From NCBI RefSeq assembly GCF_009914755.1, contig NC_060927.1: a DNA stretch of 64,000 nt. One strand, written 5' to 3'. Within the stretch, counting starts at the first letter, position 1; each line of letters begins with the position of its first letter. The translations under genes were made by a program, and so were the position numbers. The notes under the pieces were generated by a model. The model did no database searches and was not told the origin of the DNA. It saw only the letters and a list, made by a program, of their open reading frames with translations. Below are positions 26,580 to 39,008 of this stretch, one piece after another. This DNA is from the human T2T-CHM13v2.0 reference genome, Homo sapiens.

Positions 26580-27030
26580 AGCTCGGCTCGGGGACCTGCG
26601 TGAGTTCCTATAAGCCGCCTTCTCATCATCTGAACAAGCATCAAACGGCTACCAGCGAGCCTGTGATCACACGTGGGCCCGGCCGCACCGGGGCACCGCC
26701 GACACCGGCACCCCTTTGATCTAACGTGACCTTCCTTCATCATCCCCGGTCCTGAATGGCATCCTTTGGTAGTCTTGGTCTTAATTTTCAGGGTTTTGTC
26801 GTCTTTGGGCTGAAATTCGGCTTCTTTTTGAGCTTCCATGAGCTCAGCTGGGCTTTCGGCTTTCCACACCCAGAGCCTATGTTTACCGAATTTCCTTCTG
26901 GAGGTGCTGGTCCCTGGAGGGTAAAGACTTCGGGGATCCCCCTCCCCCAAGCTCTGTGATCCCCGCTTCCCCGTCCTTAGCATCTTCTGTGGAACTCCCT
27001 CGCCCTGCGCGATCGCGCATCAAACTCATC
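26580..27030. promoter_or_regulatory. CpG-rich upstream element with E-box (CACGTG 26670-26675) and TCF/LEF site (CCTTTGATC 26713-26721)
   Basis: Local CpG retention in an otherwise CpG-poor window; exact motif matches. Function is inferred. Confidence 0.5.
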
Positions 27031-27319
27031 GTGGAGGGGTCAAAAGGCAACTGAGTAACATAAGAGGGGCTGCCTCCCCTTCCTCCTTCCCTTGGGGATG
27101 CCGCAGGGGGCCATAGATCTTGGCTAAAATGAGCCGCTGGAGGTTAGAGAATTCTGCCCCCTCCTTTTTCTCCCCCTTGTGCTTTTGAATCATATAGGAA
27201 GCATCTACACACAACCTTTCCAGTCCAAAAGGTGCTTCTATTTCCTTTCCTTTCCTTTCCTTCCTCCTACTCGGCTTCTCATCTGGCTAAAAGGTGAAGA
27301 GTGAGTGAGTGTGTGATTT

Positions 27320-28350
27320 TAACGCGTAATGAGGCTGCGCCCTGGGTCCTGGAGGCTGATCTTTTTCAAGAAAGCGCGTGCAGCTCCGGCAGACGGAGGG
27401 ATGAATAATTAGGAAGGGCTTCCATGAAATCACTCACGGAGAAAATTACCTGCCCATTAAACGGGACGCGGCGAGGAGCAGGAGCCTGGAGCCCACCTAT
27501 CCCCTCCCGAGGCGGGAAGGAGTGGGCACCCGGGGGCGCGGAGAAGGGGAAGGAGTCGCCCGGTGGCCTCGGCCCTGGGCAGTCGGCGGGGCTCTCCGAA
27601 TTTGTTCATCTCCGTCCCCCCGGGGACTCTCGGCTCTCCAGGACCCCTCCCCACTCCCCAGCGGGCGGGTGGCCGAGTCCGGAGGTTCAGGGCTCCGCGC
27701 GCCCCTCCTCGCCCCCGCCCCTCCCCGGGCCGACTCCAGGCAGCTCTCATTCCTCCCCTCCCCTCCCGCCTCCTCGCCTTCCCTCCTAGAAGTCCTTCCA
27801 CCCGCGGCAGCTGCCGGAGGAAGCGGACGCTCTGCTGCGAGGCTGCGGGGGCTGGACCCGGGCGAGGGGCCTCAGCGCGCCTGGCGCTGGACTGAGCGCT
27901 CCCTTTCTCCGCCGCGCCGGGGCTGGGCTCTCACGCCCGTCTCTGCTCGCGCCCGCAGCCGCCTGGTGCACTATCCTCAGAGGCGGCACCGCGGGGGTGT
28001 CTGCAGCCTCGGCCTCCGCCCGGCCCCTCCCTCCCTCCCTCCCTCCCTCGCTCCTTCCCTGCCTCCCTCACCACGTAGGAGTTCGGATTCTCCACCCGAA
28101 TCGTCCTGATTTCCCTTCTCCTCTCTTTTGGAAACCGGAGAGGTGGAGGGAGGGCAACACCGCTGCAAAGGAGAGGCCCGCCAAGTCTGCCCGCCTGCAA
28201 AGTGTTGCTTTGACACATCCTTATTATGGAAGTTAAGTAAAAATATAGACATATTAAAAAATAACTCCGGACGTGGAGCTGCTACGGAGAAGGAAACCGG
28301 GGGAAAGAAAACCAGTAGGCAGGCCAATGGTTTTTCGGCAGCGCGCTGGC
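27320..28350 (+). promoter_or_regulatory. ROBO2: CpG-island promoter of ROBO2 (ROBO2b)
   Basis: High GC and CpG density, GC boxes (gcccccgcccc 27711-27721), (CCCT)6 at 28025-28048, directly upstream of the first coding exon. Confidence 0.9.
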
Positions 28351-28760
28351 AAGTTTGTGGAACACTTTCTAGGAATTAGGTCTTTTCCTCCCCCTTCATC
28401 ATCTTGACTTCTGAAGGAAGAACTTGGCTTTGGATTGCAGTGGAGCCTAAGGAGAGAGGGTTAGACACACTCGAATAATCCCTCTGGCTGGGCTGAATTT
28501 GTGGGAATTTAGGAAGCCAGAGTGCTGGAAATACAGCAGCCTTTGAAGTACCCTCTGTTAATTTGGATGGATCTCAGTGTGCCCCGTTCGAGACCTCTCC
28601 ACCAACCCCTTCTGATCTTGCGATTTGCTCTTCTTGACTTTAATTAGTATCTAGGAAAGTCTAAACTTTGGACCTACCTCTTTTTTTGATACTCATTTTT
28701 GTACTTTTGCTCTCTGGGATTGGTTTCTTAAAGAATCTGGATCCTTTTTAATATGTCAAA
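28080..28760 (+). other. ROBO2: ROBO2b 5' UTR part of exon 1 (TSS approximate), containing four uAUGs
   Basis: Lies between the CpG-island core and the ATG; uATGs at 28226, 28327, 28567 and 28753. The TSS cannot be read from sequence. Confidence 0.6.
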
Positions 28761-28821
28761 ATGAGTCTGCTGATGTTTACACAACTACTGCTCTGTGGAT
28801 TTTTATATGTTCGGGTTGATG
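28761..28821 (+). CDS. ROBO2: Roundabout guidance receptor 2, isoform ROBO2b, first coding exon (signal peptide MSLLMFTQLLLCGFLYVRVD + first base of Gly)
   Basis: Translation matches the ROBO2 N-terminus as I recall it; hydrophobic signal peptide; A at -3; phase-1 donor G|GTAAGT at 28822; CpG island upstream. Confidence 0.97.
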
Positions 28822-30650
28822 GTAAGTTAAAAATGCTTTCATCTTTTTTTGCGCCCCCCACCCCCCAATCCCCCAAAACCATTTCTTTTTGAATTTGATG
28901 TGGGTTATAAATGAAATGACATTATGTCTGTTAGTCCGTTTTGGCCCGGCACGGGCTCCTTGGGGGCAGAGGTTTTATTTAAGTCTTTTGTTTCTAAACT
29001 GCTGTAAGTGGAATGTGTTGGTAGTCACCTATTGTTGTTATTGTTGTAATTTACTTCACTAATTAAGGAGTTGGATAATAAATGATTGGGCTCCCAGTTT
29101 TGTTAGAAAAAGAAATATTACAGTCAATCTCCTGCAAGAGCCTAATACTATTGTGCCTGCTCTCTATTTGATGTTTGCTCTTGTGTCTGAACTTTGGCTG
29201 AGACATTCAAGTGAAGAAATACAGTAATAGACACTCTAAGGAAGGTTCAGTGGGTTAGGAATTTGAGACTGAGATCAATGTGTATCACCTGTGTGCCAGT
29301 GAATGCTCTCCTAGCGTTAAATCGAATGAAGAATTTAGATCCTAGGGAGAAAACTGTCAAAAGTGAGACTGGGCGAGGCTCCACGAAGGGGGAAGCATCA
29401 GCTATGGGCTGGCCACAGGAGTAGAACACTTAGCTCAGTCCCCAGTGGGCAAACACAATGGGGACCTTAAACAGGTGCTGGAGGTGTCTCCCTCTAGGTT
29501 GAGTCAGTCTGTCAAGCCCACAGCATTCTGCCTCTGATTCTCTTGTCTTTTGTTCCGATTTGGTTTACTGGGATATTTTCACAGGATGTCAATTTCTTGT
29601 GCGACTATTGCAAAATCCTTTTTTGTGGCTCTTTTGAATGAAGAGTGGAAATAATCATTAACATGCTTTTTGGTTTGTATTCAAAAGAAAAAAGTTAAAA
29701 GAATATTTGCTGTTAACCTTCTAGAGGCTTTAATTTTTATATCGATGGAAACAACTGGTATAAGGGAGTACTAGATATTTTTTTTTTCTAACTGGATTGC
29801 AGTACTTTAGGTTTTTAGTTACTTTCTGTACTTGTAAAGAACCTAAAGGGTATTAGTCTAACTGTTTGAGCCATCACAATAGCTTGTTGCCACATAAACT
29901 TTCCTCCAGCATTTGCATTGTGGATGAATTCATTATTTGGGACACTGCCTATTTTGGCCCATCTGAGTAGCTAACTTTGTTCCTGGCAGCTACTGCTGCA
30001 TAGAGCCCAATGTATTGGACTCAAAAAGGAAGGCTTTCTATAAACATGAGGCAATACAGAGGAGTTTACCTACTGTCAAGTGGCTGTTTTCAATCATGGA
30101 CTACATGAGTACCTTTGCCCCCCAGCGATAGTGAGGGAGGGATGCGTGTGTGTGCACTGCTTCTCTCTTTTACCAGTCTAAGCAGTAGATGTTTAAGATT
30201 TAATTATTGTGAATTATACTATGGCAACATCTCTAATTATTTTTCATGCATTTATTTTTCAGTACATTAAAATACGTGTACATTACCGTAACAAAATAGG
30301 TTTACCTATTTGTCCCAGGTGTGTTTGATTTTCATGATAAGAAGAATTTGGTATAACTTTTAAAAGAATATGTCCTCATAAATCATGAATTTACATATCT
30401 CAACAGAAATGCATGTGTAAACTATACATTAGACTACAAAATTATCACCAAGGGTTTTTTTATATAAGCGTTTTTAAATCAGTGTGTTGCTAGGAGGAAT
30501 ACAATTAAATTGCTCAGTGGAAGTGACAGGAAATCAGAAGAGCTTGGTGTTACAGAATGTAATTAATATACCAGGGTGTTTGGAGATATATGAAACAAAT
30601 GCAATTAACCAGCTTGCTGGAGCAGCAGTAGTAAGACACCATTTCTGTCT

Positions 30651-30760
30651 GCCTTCCCTCCCTCCCTCCTTTCATTCCTCCCTCCCTTCTTTCTCTCCGT
30701 TTTATTCCTCTCTCCCTTCTTTCCTTCCTTCTCTCCCACACCACCCTTCTCCTGCCCCCA
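30651..30760. repeat. Polypyrimidine (CCTT/CCCT) low-complexity tract
   Basis: ccttccctccctccctcctttcattcctccctcccttc... Confidence 0.85.
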
Positions 30761-32426
30761 AAGACAACCTAGAACCTTTGTTCTGATTTAACATTGTAGG
30801 ATAAGGGGGCAGTTTGTGTCTGGGCCACAATTATGCAGCAGAACTCATAGTAATGTAGTGAAAAATGCCAAAATTGAGGAGTTGACACTGAAAAGGCAAT
30901 ATTAAATTTTTGTGTGTGTGAAACTAGTTTTGTATTTAGCATCTGCTGTGTCAAAAGCAAAGGAAACCCTGGACACTCTTACTAAATTAATATGTAAATC
31001 ATACGTTTGACATTGGATTGCCTTTGGATACTTCAGAATGACAGTTTCTCCACGGGGATGGTTGAAAATTTGGGATATGGAGAACACTGCCCTCTAGGCT
31101 GTTTCAGCACTTTGAGACTCAGTGTTCACATATATAGTGAAGAGGTTGGTTTGTAGGTTCTCTAAGCTTTGTTACTCTTCCAGGATTCTATGATTTCTAT
31201 TTACTTATTCTTCTTAGAGGTGTGTGCTTATACTCCACATGAATTTCAAATGTACAGAAGCCTGTACCATTTCAAAGATATACTGACCATCCTTGTGCTA
31301 GACACAGATATTAATTTTATTCAGTGACAAATGATACATATATTTGCATTGATATTTGCTTGGTGGGTTATTTATATGTGCATTTTTATAGTATATGAAA
31401 AATGGTAGCGTTTTGCCACCTCATAGAAGCTATCTGCTAATATTATTTATAATTTTTCAGTATTGTGTCCCTGTAGCAATCCATAGAGAGCAAATATTAA
31501 GTTAGTTGAGAAATGTAGATAAACTTTTCTATTTGGGATGTAAATAATGGTTTTCTTATTGATGCAGATTAATCACATCTAGACTTTTCTGTATGATCAT
31601 ATAGGAGAATGTATGTTAAGGTTAGCCTTTGTTTTCCAGCTTTTCTTTATTTTTGAATAAGAATAGGGTTTTGCAGTCATTTATGGGAAATTAATATGAA
31701 CTATGGCAACACTTTTAAATTACATCTATATGCCATATATTACATCAATCTGATAATTTTATAATACTTGTGAAAAGGTGTTTTAAAATGAGAATGTTTT
31801 TCTCATCTTTACCCTTTAACTATTCTTAAATGAAAGTGGCACACATGATATTAGGGGAGATAAATATAGTAAAGATAATGTATGTGCATAGTGCAGATGT
31901 AGAATCTCATAGAGGTTTATACATGTTGCTAAAGTGCTCTTTTTCAGTAATGGGCTTATTATCATAGCCATATGTAGTCTATTTCAGAACTTAAATTATA
32001 TATAAGTAACCTGAAATGTGTTTTTGAAGCTATGCAGTAATACCATGTTTGAATTGGCTTTGTTTGAATAACCTTTGATGCTACGCAACATGTGGACCAT
32101 AAAAAAAAAGGATTTCTTAGAACATTAAGCAAAAATATTGTAAAAAAAAAAGTAATGATTATATAAAAAGAGCAGTTCTGGCCATCTCATCCCTGAGCAG
32201 CTTGTATAAAATAGCATGTTTGACGATAAAAATATAGATATGTAAGCACATTGTATAAGTTGGGATACATACATAGCAATGAAGGGAGCTGATGTATGTG
32301 GGATGTGTGTGTGCCTAGTAATATCTGCTGAAATAGTTCCGGCAGTCTACAGGAGGTACATTTACTTCCCATGTGCAATTTGGTTTTCGAAGAGTATTAG
32401 AAAAAAAGATTATCATCTTATTTACT

Positions 32427-32533
32427 ATTTCTCCTTTTTCTCCTTTTTTTCCTCCTTCTCCTCTCCTTCTCTTTCTTCTTCTCATTCATCGTCTCTTTCC
32501 TTTTCTTATTCTCCTCCTCTTTTTTTCTTTTTT
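32427..32533. repeat. Polypyrimidine (CT-rich) tract
   Basis: ~105 nt almost purely C/T. Confidence 0.9.
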
Positions 32534-33629
32534 GGATCTAATGAAAGGAATTAGAGAAACACTTGAAGAGTGAAGAAGATAGGTGAGGGTGTTTCTTGAA
32601 TGATAATTTAGAAAATCTGCATTTAAAGGAAAAATGTGAATAATATTTTACCTTTAGGTATATCCAACTGGGATTTTGACTTTCTCACTTTTACCCCACA
32701 ATACTATATATAGCTTTATGCAAAATGTTTTGCACGGATCCTATCATTTTCCAGTTTACACAAGTAAAAGTCGTCATATCTGAGTTCAAGCAAACAGTGG
32801 AGATTTATAGAGTGCCATTTTACAGATTTATTTCTAAAGAAAAGTATTGCTGTATTTCTTACAGGTTCTCCAGGTATAGATCTATCAACCTAAATCAATA
32901 CATTGGCATAGATATTGCTTTTCTCCTTCTTCTCTTCTTTTTTTTTCCATGTGTGCCTTTATTAGCTGAGCCACTACTTGAGGGTTTAAGGTCTTTGTGA
33001 GGGGCTTGGAACACCCAATGTTGGGGGAGGGAGGCGGGCGGTAGGGAAAGTATCTGAAAGGACTTCCTGAGCCAGCTGTAGGCTTTTCTTCTTCTTGTAA
33101 AAGAATTACTATATAAAGAATGAAGGAATGATTATAAACTCTTTTTAAAAATAAATACCTATCAACTCTACTGTTTTAGTAGTGTGTTATACAATGATAG
33201 AAGCATATAGCATCTAGGGTAGCATGCTTACCCAGAATACTTGACTCAACACAGTGTTGGAGTAACGGAGGCCTCAATCCTTAGTGTTTTCTCCTCCATT
33301 TGCAGCCAATCCTTAGGCTCTTTCATCTAATCACATGAGGTTTAAATACATGTTTGGATTGATAATTCTAAAATTGCCCTAATCATTGCATGGAGGGATA
33401 TAAGATCCATCAGCACAGAACTTGGCTGTTGTATATACTGTTGATCTCCAGTGCTTGCATCAGTGCTTGACATACTCACCTGACTACTTGACGTCTTTGC
33501 TTCATGTCCAATGAGAATGTACAAAACTCAAGCCTAAGACAGAATCTTCTCTTTCTAGCCATTCCCATCACAGTAAATGGCTTCCACCATTCATAGGCTT
33601 TTTCATGACCCCCAATGAGGAACCATTTT

Positions 33630-34197
33630 TCACTTGTTCTCACAACTTGTATTCAACTTGTTCTCAGAATTGTGCAACCATCACTACAATCTAACTTTAA
33701 AATGTTCTTAATTACCCAAGAAAGAAACTATGTAGCTTGTTCCACCATCCCTCCACCAACCACAAGAAATCACCACTCTACTTCTGCCTCTGTGGATTTG
33801 TCTTTTCTGGACATTTTATATATAAATGCAATCATACAATATATGATGTCATTTTGTGACTAGCTTCTTTTCTTTAGCGTAACGTTTTTAAGGGTCATCC
33901 GTGTCATAGCAAATGCATCAGTACATCATTCTTTTTTATTGCCAAACAATATTCCTTATCATCTATCCTTTGGTTTACTAGTTGATGAACATTTAAGTTA
34001 TTTCCATTTTTGGCTATTATAGATATTGCTGCTTTGAACATCCACGTACTAACTTTTGTGTGAACATATGTCTTCATTTAACCTGGGATGGAAATGCTGG
34101 GTTGTATGTTTAGTCTGTGTTTCACATTTTGAGGAACTGCAAGACTATTTTCCAAAGCAGCTGTGCTACTTTACATTGCCATTAGCAATATATGAAG
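33630..34197 (-). mobile_element. L1M (L1MB/ME-like) 3' UTR
   Basis: cagaattgtgcaaccatcactacaatc...ggacattttatatataaatgcaatcatacaatat...ttgaggaactgcaagactattttccaaagcagctg. Confidence 0.85.
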
Positions 34198-34764
34198 TAG
34201 ATATTTTCTTTTAATTGATCATGGAAAGAAAGAGTCGAAGGGCCTTATGAGTTGGGTATGATGTTTTGAAGTGAAACAATTTTATATTATACTAATCTGT
34301 CTCAAATCCCCAATAGTCCTGATTTCTAATCCCTTCAGTGGTTGTTGTCTTCTAAGTCTTCCTCAGTTGCCTCGTAAAACTTTACAAAGATAGTACCTCA
34401 GTTGAACTTGTCACTTTTAGCAGAGATCTCAGCAATAGTAAATATAAATCATAGAATGATAGCATCTCGGAGCCATTATGAATATTTGCAGCTATATTGC
34501 ACAACTCTCTTATTGGTTGGGCACATGGAGAACTGAAGCTTAGAGATTTTATGTGCCTTGTCACAGATCCCATTGCTACTTAGTGGTAGAGCAGAAACTA
34601 GACTCCAGGGATGCTTCATCTCTGTACCAGGCTTCTGCCTATGAGAGACTGTTTCTGGATTCTTAGCCCTGGAACTCCTTAACAAGAATTCCAGGCTCTT
34701 GTTACTGAAAATGACCAGCTATTTTCTGAAGAGTCCATGAGAAAATGAGCTTGAATATGTTTAG

Positions 34765-35215
34765 GTTATTCCTTTGATTCAACACATGCATATTGACAAC
34801 ATAACTTGCTTGGCTCTGTGAAGAACATGCTGACCTGTGAAAATATTCCCACATTCAAGGAAGTCATGACTTGGTAGGGAAGGTACCAAATGTTCAAGTC
34901 ACTAGAATAAAAAAAGTAGTGTCTGATAAGTAAGAAGTTTGAAGGTGTACACAGTATAGTCTTGAGAACTCAGAGAAGGAATAGGTGATTTCCAGCTGGT
35001 ACAATCTGGGAAGGGTCAACACCAAATGGGTCTCTTAACCTGGACCTTAGAGGAAGAGTGGGATTTTGGTGGGCAAAAAGATTGGAAATTGAATTCCAGG
35101 AAAAGAAGTAACCAGAAAAATGGCATGAAGATGACAAAGGGGTGCTAAGGAAATGGCAAGAAGTCTAGATTGATTGCAACATAGTTTGCCTGTAAGGAAG
35201 AAGGATAAGATGGTT
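34765..35215 (-). mobile_element. L2 fragment
   Basis: attcaacacatgcatattgac...cccacattcaaggaagtcatgac...attccaggaaaagaagtaacc. Confidence 0.6.
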
Positions 35216-35327
35216 ATTGAAAGACTACTGAGCAATCACTACTGAATGAGTATGAACAAGTAATTTAACCTTTTTATGCCTCAGTGTCCTTACCTGTAAA
35301 ATGGGCATGGTAATAATGTATATCTCA

Positions 35328-36071
<744 letters not shown>

Positions 36072-37014
36072 TCAAGCATAACTTATTGTTATAATTAGTA
36101 GTATTTTTATTAGATTATTATTCCCTGCCTAGTACGAACAAGGAAAATAACTAGAAGAGGACTTTGCTATCAGACTAATTATGGACTACAATTGGGGTGC
36201 ATGTTAGGACAATTTTAATAAGATTTTTCAGCTGTGAGTCTTCAGGTGACTGATTAAGAATTTTTGTTGCCTCTTAAGGGAACTTATCGGTGGCCTCGCC
36301 TACACAGCTGTGACAGTTGTGCTATGACATGTGTGTTTCCATTGCATCATAAGCTGATTACAAAACACATGTGATTCCCAAGTGAAAGGTGCGACGAATG
36401 AAGATAGTAAACAAGAGAGGAATCACACAAATGGCAATTTGTTAGCAAGTAGACCATGCTTGTGTAAGCCTGCATTTTGGTTCATGTTGGCTGATTTACA
36501 TTTCATCCTGGATAATTTTTACCTGGTGCTTTGATATAACGTACTGTGGAGATAAATCTTGTGTAAGACAAACTAAATAAACACTTTGAGAACCGAAGAC
36601 CTAAGTAAAAATTAACATTTGGTATCCACTCACTAATTCGTTTTCTAGATAGCCCCCTTAGCTTCCCTTCATTTAGTATAAGACATTGAATCTAATAACT
36701 TTTTATAATTATCCATTAGTTACATTTGCACAATGAGTAGTTATGCATATCAGAAAGGATAGCCTGAATAAAACAATATCATTACTATTGTGGAAGTGAC
36801 ATACCTTTGGTGACCAGATCTCTGGACTGCACTGTTAGCTTCCCTAGTGGATTGTTAATTGTTCTAATTGCCTTAGAACCTTACCAAAAATGGTTTCATT
36901 TGACTGTGTAATTTCCAAGGTCTCCATGAACCTTAGGTTTTATTATCCCAAGTACTTCTGTTTAATGTTCCAACATTTATTGTTATATCTGAGAATTTTT
37001 AAAGAAGAAAATTT

Positions 37015-37336
<322 letters not shown>

Positions 37337-38243
37337 TTATCCAAAACCATAAACATCCATCTTTAAAAACAATAACAGTCTATTGTCTAATATGCATGTA
37401 GCATATCTGTGTTTTGGTGTGGGTTCAATGATATGGCTATGGATATGCATGACAGCCAAAATTAACTAGTCTTATGATTCACATCCACTCTCATTCATTA
37501 ATGACCAGTGGTACTTAGGCTTTCCTTATCAATAAATGGAATTTTAAAAATTTAATACTAAGGAGACAATAGTCTTAGGTCAATGTGCTTAGTTTCTGGC
37601 CACTATAACTAGAACCATATGCAACATGGAAATTTTAGCTCAGGAGAGGGGGTTAACAGCCACTTTTTAATTTCTGTTGTAAGGATTGATGTGGGATCTC
37701 TTTCCCTAGACTTTGGTTCCAAGCTTTTTGGAAATGAGCTGGAGAACATGGAATATAACTCAACTATCCCACTGAAAGGCTTTTCAAGTTTAAGCAAGGA
37801 ACACCCAGTTGAAACCAGACTGGAATTTAAGGGATTTGGACCAAACCTCTGCAGCACTTATAACCAATTAAAATGTTCATAAGTGTGATTCAAAAAGGGA
37901 GAATTTTGACTTTCCAAAAAACTTGAGTTAAGAGTTATTCATTATAAAGGAAAGTTTATAAGTTTTTATAAATCAAGGTTAGAGTCGTACTTAGAAGTTT
38001 TATAATACGTATATTTCCAAATACTAGCAAATGCTAGAATATGATTAAACTTATTTAGATATATCCGATTATTATAAAATATAGATTTCAGGGTTAGAGT
38101 AAATTAGGGGAAATTTAGAATGAATCTAGCAACAGGCACTCTTGTATTTTATATCTCTATTATAAAGTAAATTTTAATACGTTGCCAGATAACAGTACAG
38201 TTATTGAAAACCAAGCTTATTATTGTTCCATTAAATCAGAGAC

Positions 38244-38291
38244 AGCATTTCACCTTCCTCATCTTAAGCATTTCACCTTCCTCATCTTAAG
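38244..38291. repeat. Perfect 23-bp tandem duplication
   Basis: agcatttcaccttcctcatctta x2, then ag. Confidence 0.97.
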
Positions 38292-38703
38292 TATATAACC
38301 GTTTGTGTATTCTAAGTACCTTTGAATGCCAGCAACAACAAGCTATTACTCAAACGCCAATTGTTTTAGTGCTTCTTACCCCATCTCTATCATGGGTTAG
38401 CGTAGAAACTGAGTAGGAGAAATGTAACCTTTTAAAAAGAAAATGCCATTTCTGTTTCTTTACTACTCTAATAAACTTACTTTCATTTAAAAAAAGAAAA
38501 GAAAATGCTAGGTACAACATTCTCAGTCTTTGCTTTTGTGTGTTTTTTTTTTTGTTGTTTTTTGGTTTTTTTTCCCCATGCAAAATTGACTAAGAAGAGT
38601 TACAACATTTAATGTGGTGGTCTCAAAACATTTTTTTTTTTTTGCATTGTAATTGTTTTCGCATAATTTCAAGAGTTAAACAATAATAATGAAAAGATGT
38701 TTC

Positions 38704-39008
38704 AGGCCACACAGCGTGGCTCATGCCTGTAATCTCAGTACTTTGGGAGACTGGGAGGATCTCTTGAGCCCATGAGTTTGAGATCAGCCTGGGCAACATG
38801 GTGAAACCCTATCTTTGCAAAAAAAAAGAAAAAAAAAAAAATTAGCTGGGCATGGTGGTGCTCACCTGTAGTCCCAGCTACTTGGGAGGCTGAGGTAGAA
38901 GGATTGCTTGTGTCTGCGAGGTCAAGGCTGCAGTGAGCTGTGAGTACACCACTGCATTCCAGCCAGGGTGACAGAGGGAGACCCTGTCTCAAAAAAAAAA
39001 AAAAAAAA
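38704..39008 (+). mobile_element. AluJ
   Basis: Dimeric Alu with J diagnostics and a poly-A tail. Confidence 0.9.

Noticed and set aside
27870-27900. Possible REST/RE1 site (ctcagcgc...ggactgagcgc)
   Set aside because: Half-sites and spacing do not match the RE1 consensus.
27424-28379. Several 80-195 aa ORFs across the CpG island
   Set aside because: Pro/Arg/Gly/Ser-rich, overlapping in many frames on both strands, with no recognisable domain. This is expected from stop-codon scarcity in GC-rich DNA.
31083-31103. CTCF-like TAGAGGGCAGTG on the - strand
   Set aside because: The 5' CCA(C/G) part of the core is mismatched; not supportable without ChIP data.
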